Assembly (NCBI GenBank): GCA_903835255.1
Contig: CAILMI010000046.1
Span: forward strand, 17,156-81,155
Direction: 5' to 3'
DNA from: an uncultured Verrucomicrobia subdivision 3 bacterium
GTDB lineage: Bacteria > Verrucomicrobiota > Verrucomicrobiia > Limisphaerales > UBA11358
DNA: 64,000 nucleotides
Numbering within the stretch: position 1 is the first letter of the stretch; every line of letters begins with the position of its first letter. The notes under the pieces were generated by a model. That model was not told the DNA's origin. It saw only the letters and a list, made by a program, of their open reading frames with translations, and did not search any database. This document shows, piece by piece, positions 1 through 9,060 of this stretch. The position numbers and the translations under genes were made by a program.

Positions 1-1
1 T

Positions 2-664
2 CCGGGTGCTTTTGATTTCATTACGCCGGAAGTCTCCCTGATCGCCATCCCCCACGGCAGCGCTCCTCCCTTCAGGGATCAAAAACAGATCCCTATGGCG
101 CTTCATATCACGAGTGATCGCTGGGGCGAGGGTAATTTTGGCGGCGGCATTTTAGTGAATACGAAATGGGCTGGTGCCCCGGTGCCCGACGGCTATGTCT
201 ATGTTTACGGGTGCATCGGCAAGTCAAAAAACCTCGTCGTGGCCCGCGTGAAACCCAAATATTTTGACGTCCAGGAGAGCTGGCGCTACTGGGATGGAAC
301 AGGCTGGCAAAAACAGAAAGAAGCCCTGAAACCGTTGGTGGATTCGGTCTCTGATGAACTGAGCATGACCCCTTTGCCCGACGGGCGTTTTCTGCTCATA
401 TTCCAAGTGGGGGGATTATCGGATAAAGTGGGAATGCGCATCGCTGATAGCCCAGTTGGCCCCTTCAGTGATATTAAAGTAATATGGACGGCACCTGAAT
501 GGAAAGAGGGCATGTGGACGTACAATGCCAAAGCCCATTTCAACCTTTCCCAACCCGATGAGCTGCTTATCAGTTACAACACCATTGCCGATGACTTTTG
601 GAACGCGATCCAAAAAGACGCCACCCTCTACCATCCCCGATTTATTAAGCTGAAGCTGAAATGA
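2..664 (+). CDS. DUF4185/DUF5005-like beta-propeller protein (5' truncated by window edge)
   Basis: Frame is open from base 2 (PGAFDFITPEV...) into ORF 95..664. DGYVYVYG, WRYWDG, GPFS and YNAKAH...ELLISYN motifs parallel the C-terminal half of 7719..9011. Confidence 0.7.
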   Translation, partial: PGAFDFITPEVSLIAIPHGSAPPFRDQKQIPMALHITSDRWGEGNFGGGILVNTKWAGAPVPDGYVYVYGCIGKSKNLVVARVKPKYFDVQESWRYWDGTGWQKQKEALKPLVDSVSDELSMTPLPDGRFLLIFQVGGLSDKVGMRIADSPVGPFSDIKVIWTAPEWKEGMWTYNAKAHFNLSQPDELLISYNTIADDFWNAIQKDATLYHPRFIKLKLK

Positions 665-670
665 AAACGG

Positions 671-761
671 TTGGGCAGTTTTAGCCGGGACCATCCCGTT
701 CGAATGAACCGCCAAAGGCGCTAAGGACGCCAAGGGGAAAGACCGGGTCTGGATTCATGAA
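671..761 (-). repeat. Intergenic repeat module B (CATGAATCC...TTGGCGTCCTT core)
   Basis: Reverse complement reads CATGAATCCAGACCCGGTCTTTCCCCTTGGCGTCCTTAGCGCCTTTGGCGGTTCATTCG, which aligns by eye with 45744-45822 and 54984-55079. Confidence 0.75.
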
Positions 762-859
762 GGAATCGAAGGAAACCCGCTCGCAAAACGCACCGACTCT
801 TTTTTTATGCTCCCGGTTGAGCCGAGCCGGCTGGGAAGGAAGGGGGAATCTTTAAAATC

Positions 860-1013
860 TATGGCAGTTCACCTTGGGACATCGGCGGGCAGGGCGGGCA
901 GTCCTTTGTCTGCCGCCGTTACCAATCCACGCGTGCTTGCTGGTTGACCACGACGGCGCGCACGGGAGTGACGCGCCCTACCTGTCCCAAAGTTGTTACT
1001 GAGAACGGCTCTA
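860..1013 (+). mobile_element. MITE-like element (module D) carrying a GTAG-type REP palindrome
   Basis: Imperfect terminal inverted repeats TATGGCAGTTC...GAACGGCTCTA and internal GGCAGGGCG...CGCCCTACC. Homologous to 45050-45420. The right end overlaps the lnt TAG stop. Confidence 0.65.
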
Positions 1014-2714
1014 AGAGCGATCTGTCGGATTGGTTTTCGAGCTGCGGCGTCCATCTGATCCTGTCTGGGTTGGGTTTTTATGCCGTCGAAGAACGCACTG
1101 TTTGATTCCAAAAAAAACAGTCAATCCCGCGCATCCCCAGCCGAACACATCGCCGTATTGGCGATAGAAGGTGGGATTCTGGCCCGCTTGGGCCCCCGCC
1201 AGCGGCACGGTGATCAGCTTGTATCCCGACTGATATTCATTGAGGGAACCCGGGAAATAGACATCGTGTAAACGGCCGCAGGTATCGATCCAGCAAGTGA
1301 TGCCGTTATTGCAACAACGGACGAGCGGCAGGTGGAGTTCTACCGATCGAAACAGCGCATTCACGGCGTGGAGCCATTGTGCACCACTATTCCCGAACCA
1401 TCCGTCATTGGTGAGATTGAGGAGATAATCCGTCTGCGCGTCCAGAGCGGTGCGAACTTCTTGGGGAAACAGGTCCTCGTAGCAGATGAGGACGGAGAAT
1501 TGGGCCGCCGGATCGGTCATGTGGAGCAAGCCGGGCCGGTCGCCCGAGGTGAGGCCAGCCCCCGCTTTGCGCAATTTGGCGAGAATCGGAAACCAGCGGG
1601 CCCCGGGCATAAACTCGCCGAAAGGCACCAGATGACGCTTGTGATAGCGCCCCGCCATTTGTCCATCCGGACTGATTAAGAAGGCGCTGTTAAAGAACTG
1701 AGTGCGATCCGATCCATCGGCCCCAGCCATGTTTTCATAATCCGAGGCCCCCATCACCATCCACGAATGATAAGGCTGCAGGAGTTCGGCAATCGCGTCC
1801 TGGGTGTATTGATTCCGGGTGATCATTTGGGGCAGGGCCGCCTCCGGCCATACCAAGAGGTCGGGCTTTTCAGCCAAGGCAGTGCGGGAGATTTGAAGCA
1901 ACTTCAGGAAACGGTTGGTGCCCTCGCTGGGGTCCCAAATCGTCGATTGGGGGATTGCGGGCTGCACGAGGGCGATTTTGAGCTGTCGGGTTGAATCCCC
2001 GGCCAGGGACAATTGGTGGTGGCCAAACGCAAGAAGGGCCGCAAGTACTAAGAGGGGCGGTAGGAGCGGGAGTCCAAAGACCCGGAAACGACGGGGATTA
2101 CCCTTCAGGGCCATGGCCCCGCAGAAGCCGGCGATGGATACCCACACGATCACAAAAGAAACACCATACACGCCGGTCCAGGAGCAGATCTGGATCAGTC
2201 CCAGCCAATGAAATTGCGAGGCGCCCAAATACCCTGGAAAACCGGTGAATAAACGGCCGAAGGCCATTTCGGTCGCCACCCAGGCCACCGCACACATCAG
2301 CGGCCAACCCAGGCGCTGCCAGTCATTCAAGGCAGACCACCGCTGTGGCAAGTTGACGTGGATCGGATTCGTGGACGAGGCCATTTTCGGGTCAGGCCAT
2401 AAACCCCAACACAGCCAGCACCAAAGACCCATATAGGCTGATCCCACAAAAACCTGACCCAGATAAGCCGCCAGCCCGTATCCATGAAACGGAATTAAAA
2501 GCAACCAGGCCACCATGATGAGCCAGCAACCCAAGCCCGAAAGAAAACCTGAAAGAAAAATCGACCTGCCCGAAGTGCGCCCCGCCAGCCACAGCACCAA
2601 CCCCGGGGTGATCCAAGCCAGTCCAAATAGATTGAATTTGGGAAAGGCAAAAGCGAACAGAGTTCCGGCAAGAAATGAAAATAACCAATGAAATTTAAAC
2701 TTTGGGGTTTGCAT
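1011..2714 (-). CDS. lnt: Apolipoprotein N-acyltransferase
   Basis: N-terminal TM helices plus nitrilase domain with WPE, YHKRHLVPFGE, ICYED and NLTNDGWF motifs. Start placed at ATG 2714. Confidence 0.93.
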   Translation of the reverse strand: MQTPKFKFHWLFSFLAGTLFAFAFPKFNLFGLAWITPGLVLWLAGRTSGRSIFLSGFLSGLGCWLIMVAWLLLIPFHGYGLAAYLGQVFVGSAYMGLWCWLCWGLWPDPKMASSTNPIHVNLPQRWSALNDWQRLGWPLMCAVAWVATEMAFGRLFTGFPGYLGASQFHWLGLIQICSWTGVYGVSFVIVWVSIAGFCGAMALKGNPRRFRVFGLPLLPPLLVLAALLAFGHHQLSLAGDSTRQLKIALVQPAIPQSTIWDPSEGTNRFLKLLQISRTALAEKPDLLVWPEAALPQMITRNQYTQDAIAELLQPYHSWMVMGASDYENMAGADGSDRTQFFNSAFLISPDGQMAGRYHKRHLVPFGEFMPGARWFPILAKLRKAGAGLTSGDRPGLLHMTDPAAQFSVLICYEDLFPQEVRTALDAQTDYLLNLTNDGWFGNSGAQWLHAVNALFRSVELHLPLVRCCNNGITCWIDTCGRLHDVYFPGSLNEYQSGYKLITVPLAGAQAGQNPTFYRQYGDVFGWGCAGLTVFFGIKQCVLRRHKNPTQTGSDGRRSSKTNPTDRS

Positions 2715-2878
2715 TGAGTGAACGGATTTTTCACAAAAAAAAACACTGGTGCAAGAGATATACCTCCTCAAATCGCAATTCTTTTTTTAAAAAATCTGCA
2801 AGTGCTTTAAATTAAACAAATTAACTTTTTCTCTAAACTGCATTTTTCACTTGCTCAAAATAAAAACTATGTCAATGT

Positions 2879-2890
2879 TTGTTTGAACAT
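2879..2890. promoter_or_regulatory. Candidate GntR(HutC-type) operator TTGTTTGAACAT
   Basis: Matches the WWGT-N4-ACAW palindrome seen upstream of other island genes. Confidence 0.4.
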
Positions 2891-2939
2891 TAGCACAAAC
2901 AAACCCCAACCCACCATACTTGTTTTAAAAGGATTGAAT

Positions 2940-4226
2940 ATGAAAAGCGTTCTTCGTCTCAGTATTGCGCTGGCATTTGTATGCCTGACATTAAGCGTGC
3001 AGGCGGTTGCCTACTGGAACTGCAGCTCCCCCACCGGTCCCGCTTCCGGGACTTGGAATAATAATTCAACTAATTTGACTTGGGATCAACCGGGGTCCGA
3101 TCCTGGCATATCGTCCACGGGTGGACCGGTAACATCCTCTCCTTATAGTTGGCTTGGCACTTGGGGCGCTGCTTATTCTTCAACCCCTTTGGCGGCGGCA
3201 TTTAGTTTGGGGTCTGCCACCAACGGTGTGCCAGGGGCATTCACCATCACGGTGGATAATGGATCCGGTCAGGTTGAGGCTGCCGATCTCCTCGTGTACA
3301 ACGGACCCATGACATTGACGGGCGGGCGGTTGGATTTTACAGCTGTTATAAACAACACTCCCAGTTACCAATCTGAAGAGGGGCTGGTGTTCACCATCCA
3401 CCCCAATCAAACTGCCTATTTTAATGTCATCATGACGAACACCGTCGGTCCGACGTATACCGAGTCGATCGGCCGCAACGTGTTTGTCAATAAACAATTG
3501 ACGGGAACTCTTTACTTCGGGGCCACCAACACGTTTGTCGGGGATGTTGCTGTCAAATCAGGCATTCTGGGTATTACATGCGACCAAAGCATCCCCAGCG
3601 CGAGCTCTTTGATTTTATTGAACGGCACTGACATTGGCGGCGCCGGCGATCATCTTCAAGACACCCCTCCTGTGTTCAATACGGGCGGTCACAACCAGAC
3701 TTTTGACCAGTTGGTTTTAGCCGGTCCGAATAGTTTGATTCCCCGCACTATTAACTTTGGCAATGGCAACGGATCGCTCGTTTTTGCGGGTAATAGCAGC
3801 ACCAATGCATGGGCTTCAACCGCGAGTCTTGTTTTTGGAGATTCGAATCCGGGCAACCTCTCCTTGGTCATCACGAACTATCAGATTGGCATAAGCCTTT
3901 TGCGATTTGGGACCACTTCCAGCGGCTTGACTGCCACTCAATTGTCACAGATCAAATTTGCCAATTACACAAACTCCCCGGCCGTGATTGATAGCTTGGG
4001 ATATGTGTCTCCTACGGTCACGGGCATCCCTATTGTTTCAATCACAAAAGGGTATAACCTAATCTGGAATGCCATCGTCGGGACCACCTACATCGTTCAG
4101 TATTCGTCTAATGTAAGTGGACCCTGGCTCAATCTGGCAACAGTGACTGCTGTATCCAACCCGGCGTCTTACTTTGATGCCGAGAATCTTAATAACGCGA
4201 GATTTTACAGGGTGATACTTCAATAA
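2940..4226 (+). CDS. Secreted Asn/Thr/Gly-rich protein with autotransporter-passenger-like beta repeat and C-terminal W...Y.VQYS...W...FYRV domain
   Basis: Signal peptide MKSVLRLSIALAFVCLTLSVQA, a KQLTGTLYFGATNTFVGDVAVKSGIL repeat, and a C-terminus ending NARFYRVILQ. Confidence 0.75.
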   Translation: MKSVLRLSIALAFVCLTLSVQAVAYWNCSSPTGPASGTWNNNSTNLTWDQPGSDPGISSTGGPVTSSPYSWLGTWGAAYSSTPLAAAFSLGSATNGVPGAFTITVDNGSGQVEAADLLVYNGPMTLTGGRLDFTAVINNTPSYQSEEGLVFTIHPNQTAYFNVIMTNTVGPTYTESIGRNVFVNKQLTGTLYFGATNTFVGDVAVKSGILGITCDQSIPSASSLILLNGTDIGGAGDHLQDTPPVFNTGGHNQTFDQLVLAGPNSLIPRTINFGNGNGSLVFAGNSSTNAWASTASLVFGDSNPGNLSLVITNYQIGISLLRFGTTSSGLTATQLSQIKFANYTNSPAVIDSLGYVSPTVTGIPIVSITKGYNLIWNAIVGTTYIVQYSSNVSGPWLNLATVTAVSNPASYFDAENLNNARFYRVILQ

Positions 4227-4261
4227 GACTTCATTAGTGAAGTATTTTTCTAACTGACATG

Positions 4262-4300
4262 GCGGACCGGAAGAATCCAATCTTCCGGTCCGCTTTTTTT
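4262..4300 (+). terminator. Intrinsic terminator
   Basis: GCGGACCGGAAGA-loop-TCTTCCGGTCCGC followed by a T-tract. Confidence 0.9.
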
Positions 4301-4420
4301 ATTTTCCTGCGCCTCATTTTGCCTCTGCCCCGCCGAGGTGGTGAGAGCTCTGAATTACGATTCCTAAGCCATCGTCCCGACAATGAGTTTCCAGACTAAA
4401 ACGGTACAATATTTTTTTTC

Positions 4421-4462
4421 TTGCCTTCAAAAAAAACTTGCTTAGCTTATTAGTATAAACAT
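4421..4462 (+). promoter_or_regulatory. Sigma70-like promoter with downstream candidate GntR operator
   Basis: TTGCCT-16-TAGCTT followed by TAGTATAAACAT (4451-4462). Confidence 0.5.
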
Positions 4463-4479
4463 TTAAACAAATAATCTTC

Positions 4480-5355
4480 ATGAATTTTTTTCATTTAAAT
4501 CGGATGCGTTCCCAGTTTCGGAACGGGTTCACGTTGATTGAATTGCTGGTGGTCATCGCCATCATTGCCATTCTGGCCGCAATGCTCTTGCCGGCCTTGG
4601 GAGTGGCTAAGAAAAAGGCTTACATGGCCTCCTGTTTGAATAATCAAAAGCAGCTGATTTTGGGGTACATCATGTATGCGGATGATAATCAGGACCGGCT
4701 TATCGGAAACGGGACCAAAACCACTTACGACGTCGGCAATGGCTATTGGCGCTTGGGTTACACTGTCTCGGGACCGCCGGGGACGCCGCCGACATTGACC
4801 AAGGCAACGCCGGCCGGCCTTACCGGGACCGATCTCTGTGAATGGTATACCCAGCAAGGGTATGCCGAGGGGCCTTTATTTCCCTACGCAAAAAGTACAT
4901 CCGTCATTCATTGTCCGGGTGATACCCGGTCGCGGAATAATCTGCCCGGTTACGACAGCTATTCCATCGGGTGGAATGTCGGGGACAGCGCGTCCTTCTA
5001 CGCGAGCCAGGGAGGGCCGCCGTTGACGAAGATGTCAGCCATTTCGCACTCCAGTGAACGGATCATCTGGGTGGAAGAAAATGATTCGCGAGGTGATAAC
5101 TTTGGCTCCTGGGCGTTCTTTTATTCCGCGGCGGCCCCCGTTTGGGGTGACAACCTCGCTAATTTTCACGGCACCGGAAGCTCTTTCGCCTTTGCCGACG
5201 GTCATTCGGAAAATCACCGCTGGATGTTGCCGTCCACCATCAGTATGGCCAATTCTACAACCTATAAATGGCCCTGGCCGACGAGTCCGTCGGGTCTGGC
5301 CAATGCGGATTTGGCTTGGATTAATCAGCGCTGGCCTTGTAAAGAAAACCCTTAA
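4480..5355 (+). CDS. Prepilin-type N-terminal cleavage/methylation protein with H-X9-DG C-terminal motif
   Basis: [39 protein letters not shown] and [13 protein letters not shown]. Confidence 0.92.
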   Translation: MNFFHLNRMRSQFRNGFTLIELLVVIAIIAILAAMLLPALGVAKKKAYMASCLNNQKQLILGYIMYADDNQDRLIGNGTKTTYDVGNGYWRLGYTVSGPPGTPPTLTKATPAGLTGTDLCEWYTQQGYAEGPLFPYAKSTSVIHCPGDTRSRNNLPGYDSYSIGWNVGDSASFYASQGGPPLTKMSAISHSSERIIWVEENDSRGDNFGSWAFFYSAAAPVWGDNLANFHGTGSSFAFADGHSENHRWMLPSTISMANSTTYKWPWPTSPSGLANADLAWINQRWPCKENP

Positions 5356-5645
5356 TTTGGAAGCGGGTCTTCATTTTTTAAAAGCATCTTTTTCCGCCTC
5401 AATTGCAACACTGTCGAATCCGATGGGTTGGGTTATGGATTGAAGACCTTCGATCGATTTTCTGAAAAGATTCTAATGGGATGCTGGAAAAACCTGCTGC
5501 TTCGGGTGAGAATTGAAGCGCTGATGCCGGCTCATTTACAAAAAGGCGCCTTTTACTCTATTCCATATCCGCCTTACCTGATTAGTTCTCTTTGGTTTTA
5601 AACTTTCTTAAATGAGTAGGAATCCAACGGCTTGAAATTGCCGAC

Positions 5646-6380
5646 TTATTTTTCCTCGCTCTGCAACTCCATTGTCAGTGTAAAGCGCGAGCTGACATAA
5701 AGGATTTCTGTATATTCAAACGGGCGGCTGCCGGAGTCATAGACCGTGTGCCGGCGGAGTTGGAGGGGCGTTCCGGGGGTGACATGAAGTCGCTGTGCGT
5801 TGTGGGCTTCGGCGGTAGTGGCTAGAAACTCCTCCCTCGCTCGGAACGGCTGGACACCGGTTTCCGCATTGAGGGTCTCATAGAGAGGCTTTGTGAAATC
5901 CTCGTTGCCTTTCAAGTTTAACCGGGGGTGGAACCAAGAGGTAGACATTAGAATAGGTTTGCCTTCCCAGCCGCGGACCCGGTCCAGCCTCCAAATCGGA
6001 TCTTTTGAATTGAGCTGAAGAGTTCGAAGGGTCTCAATGCAGGGAGCGGCCTGGATGTATTCCATTTGGAAGTTTTGAACGGTAATTCCTTTAGCTGCCA
6101 TTTCGCTGGTAAAACTATGCCAAGCACTGATGCCCGAATCGAGATGCTTGTCGGAGGCGCGGGTCCCCACCCCGGCCTTGCGTTCCAGTACCCCTTCATA
6201 AACTAATCGGCTGATGCCGGCACGCACCGTGCCCCGGCTGACGCCCAGTTTCGCGGCCAGCAATTCCTCATTGGGCAAAAGTTTTCCCGCCTGATATTCA
6301 GGGAGATTCACCATCTTGCGCAACAGCTGCTCCACTTGGGCGCGAAGCGGAATCGAATTCCGACGGTTCAACTTTAACAT
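5646..6380 (-). CDS. GntR-family (HutC subfamily, UTRA domain) transcriptional regulator
   Basis: LPNEELLAAKLGVSRGTVRAGISRLVYEGVLERKAGVGT winged HTH plus C-terminal UTRA-like domain. Confidence 0.93.
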   Translation of the reverse strand: MLKLNRRNSIPLRAQVEQLLRKMVNLPEYQAGKLLPNEELLAAKLGVSRGTVRAGISRLVYEGVLERKAGVGTRASDKHLDSGISAWHSFTSEMAAKGITVQNFQMEYIQAAPCIETLRTLQLNSKDPIWRLDRVRGWEGKPILMSTSWFHPRLNLKGNEDFTKPLYETLNAETGVQPFRAREEFLATTAEAHNAQRLHVTPGTPLQLRRHTVYDSGSRPFEYTEILYVSSRFTLTMELQSEEK

Positions 6381-6386
6381 GGTCAC

Positions 6387-6414
6387 ATGCTAAATATATC
6401 CCGATGATTGTCAA
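6387..6414 (-). promoter_or_regulatory. Sigma70 promoter of gntR (probably leaderless transcript)
   Basis: Minus strand TTGACA-16-TAGCAT, 6 nt before ATG 6380. Confidence 0.65.
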
Positions 6415-6568
6415 TAATTCTCGGCATGAGAGAAACGGGTCTAACTAGCTTAATATGAGCGTGATAAGAACCTGTTAAACATGGAATTATTGGGAAATCT
6501 GCCTTAAAAAGGAGCGGTGAGTGAGCGTCCGTCCCCCCCAAGTCGGATTCACTAACCATTTAAGAGTA

Positions 6569-6615
6569 TATGTATGTACATAATGCTTGACCGAAAGGGT
6601 CGCTGCCGTTCCAAT
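6569..6615 (+). promoter_or_regulatory. Candidate GntR operator TATGTATGTACATA plus promoter of ROK operon
   Basis: Near-perfect palindrome at 6569-6582 just upstream of TTGACC-17-TCCAAT. Confidence 0.6.
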
Positions 6616-6758
6616 GATGGCAAATGGCATGAGTTCAAGTCACCAATTCTATCCTCTCGCAATGCCCCCGCTCAGCGGACACGGCGGTGAGTTGCCCATC
6701 CTGCTAGTGCGCTAAAATTTTTTAGGTTGAAATCCAGAGAGATCTTTTGAAATCGGGT

Positions 6759-7694
6759 ATGAAGACAATTGCGATTGGAACGGATATAGGGGGCAGCCAT
6801 ATCAGCTGTGCCGCCGTGGATTTTCAAAAGCAATGCATCCTGCCAAAAAGTTTTGTCGCATATCGGGTAAACCCCCAGGCGCCGGCTGACGAAATACTCA
6901 CAATCTGGAGCAGGGCGTTGGGCCAATCCATGGCAGCGGTGGATGGAGCAAAATTAGCGGGAATCGGCTTTGCAATGCCGGGGCCATTTGACTACGTCCA
7001 TGGCATTGCCCAATTTACAGCGGCGGTGCAAAAATACCAAAATTTGCGGGGCATCCCTGTTTCTCAGCGCCTCAAAGAGATGATGGCGTTGCCAGCCGAA
7101 TTCGAATTGCGGTATATCAACGATGCCACTGCATTCGGAGTCGGTGAAGCGTGGATGGGCAAGGCGTCTGCGGCGAATCGGTCGATTGCAATCACACTGG
7201 GCACCGGTTTGGGGGCGGCCTTTATGGACCGGGGAATTCCGGTCGTCTCGGGCCAGGAGGTTCCTCCAATGGGGTCCATGTGGCATTTACCGTTTCATGA
7301 CGACACCGCTGAGGATTCCTTCTCGACGCGTTGGTTTATCAAACGATATGCCCAAAAAACCGGCAATTCACTGGAGGGGGTAAAGCAATTAGTCGACCGG
7401 GCAGCAACAGAGTCTTCCGCAAAAGAAGTTTTTTCCGAGTTCGGCTGTAATTTAGGTGAATTTTTGAGTCCGTGGGTCAAAAAATTCACGGCCGACATAG
7501 TTGTTATAGGAGGCAATATCTCCGCCGCCTACCCTCTATTCGGTCCTGATTTGGAGAAAACTATGAGCCAGCACTCGGCATCTGCGGCAATCGTGGTTTC
7601 CGAACTCAAGGAGGATGCTGCCGCGATTGGAAGCGCGCGATTATTCGAGGCGAACTTTTGGAGCCAAATCCAAGAATTACTCAAGAAAATGTGA
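6759..7694 (+). CDS. ROK-family sugar kinase
   Basis: DIGGSHI, INDATAF, ITLGTGLG and VIGGNI motifs. No HTH and no Cys-rich zinc motif. Confidence 0.88.
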   Translation: MKTIAIGTDIGGSHISCAAVDFQKQCILPKSFVAYRVNPQAPADEILTIWSRALGQSMAAVDGAKLAGIGFAMPGPFDYVHGIAQFTAAVQKYQNLRGIPVSQRLKEMMALPAEFELRYINDATAFGVGEAWMGKASAANRSIAITLGTGLGAAFMDRGIPVVSGQEVPPMGSMWHLPFHDDTAEDSFSTRWFIKRYAQKTGNSLEGVKQLVDRAATESSAKEVFSEFGCNLGEFLSPWVKKFTADIVVIGGNISAAYPLFGPDLEKTMSQHSASAAIVVSELKEDAAAIGSARLFEANFWSQIQELLKKM

Positions 7695-7718
7695 GTTGGA
7701 CACTCATTCAATTCAAAT

Positions 7719-9011
7719 ATGAAATTCCTTTGTGAGATTGCTGTCCGCTGTTTTTGGGCTGGCCCTAGTGGGTGGCGCCCCGCATTGCTTGGGTTACTAG
7801 TGGTCGCATTGTCTGGGTGTGTGCACCCGATGCGGGAGGGGAAAACAATTCCGCCGGCGCAGCGGGAGAGTGGTGGGGCAGGGGAGCGCCAGGCTGGAAA
7901 TCAAACTCCGCAGGGAAAAGTTTTTGAACTGCCAGACAAGCGGATGCTCCGGCTGACATCGGTCACGGCGGATCCAGTTTATGCGCATCTGTTGGACATG
8001 AGCACCAACGGATGGCTTGGGTCTGACGTGGGAGACTCCATCGTTTTATCCGACACGAAAACGCTCTGGCTGTTCGGCGACACATTCATCGGCGCTCTCT
8101 CCAACGGAGCGCGAGTTGGAGGCGCTCCCATGATCAACAGCACCATCGGGATCCAAAACCGGCACAGTGCTCCGACATCGAGTATGGAATTTTTTTGGAA
8201 AGAGAAGGAGGGCAAGCCTGTAAGTTTTTTCCAGCACCAGACCAATACGGCGGGTTCCTATTATTGGGTGACCAAAGGGGTGATGCTGCGGGGGGAGCTT
8301 TTTCTTTTCGCCTATTGCATTGAAGGCAACGATCAGGATGCCTCGGATTGGAAAATAGCGGGCAGCGCTCTCATCCGTGTGCCCAATCCACTTGACCCGC
8401 CCCATCAGTGGGTGCAGAAAGCCTATCCACTCAGTCTGGAAATCGGGGATACATTTCACGCCGGACTCTTTGTGTCCGAGCCGTATCTCTACCTTTATGG
8501 GATCGTTAAACCCAGGAAAATGGCATTGGCCCGGGTGAAGATTGATGACTTATGCAGCGGAAAACTTGTGGAAGCCTATGAGTTTTGGGTTAAAGGGCCA
8601 GGAGGTGAGCATTGGGGGGCGGCTCCGGTCAATTGTGTGTCACAGTTTCAGCCAGTCACCAGCGAGTGCGCCATTCACTATGAAGCCGCATGGGGTGTTT
8701 TCACCTGTTTTACGTATTCCCCCTCCGAGCCGGAAATCTATCTGACAACCGCCAAGCAGCTCACAGGTCCGTGGACCCGGCCGGAGGTGATTTATCGGGT
8801 GCCGGAGCATGCCGCTTATTCTTTTCCGATCATTTCCTATGCGGTGCGCCAGCATCCGGAACTGGCAGTCAAACCGGGCGAAGTCATTCTTAGCTATGTC
8901 ACCAATGTGCCCGGGTCCATCAAGGAGCTTTTTTCTGAAGAGGGAAAAATGATTTATGTTCCGCAGTTTTTGCGTCTGGAACTGGAGATAGATGAAAATT
9001 CTGGAAATTGA
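7719..9011 (+). CDS. DUF4185/DUF5005-like beta-propeller lipoprotein (putative glycosidase)
   Basis: Lipobox LSGC, GWLGSDVGDS...LWLFGDTFIG and YAVRQHPEL...VILSY motifs. Confidence 0.72.
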   Translation: MKFLCEIAVRCFWAGPSGWRPALLGLLVVALSGCVHPMREGKTIPPAQRESGGAGERQAGNQTPQGKVFELPDKRMLRLTSVTADPVYAHLLDMSTNGWLGSDVGDSIVLSDTKTLWLFGDTFIGALSNGARVGGAPMINSTIGIQNRHSAPTSSMEFFWKEKEGKPVSFFQHQTNTAGSYYWVTKGVMLRGELFLFAYCIEGNDQDASDWKIAGSALIRVPNPLDPPHQWVQKAYPLSLEIGDTFHAGLFVSEPYLYLYGIVKPRKMALARVKIDDLCSGKLVEAYEFWVKGPGGEHWGAAPVNCVSQFQPVTSECAIHYEAAWGVFTCFTYSPSEPEIYLTTAKQLTGPWTRPEVIYRVPEHAAYSFPIISYAVRQHPELAVKPGEVILSYVTNVPGSIKELFSEEGKMIYVPQFLRLELEIDENSGN

Positions 9012-9060
9012 AATCCCAAATCTTTATTGCAACCATCATTCGATTCAAGGAGAGCACCCT

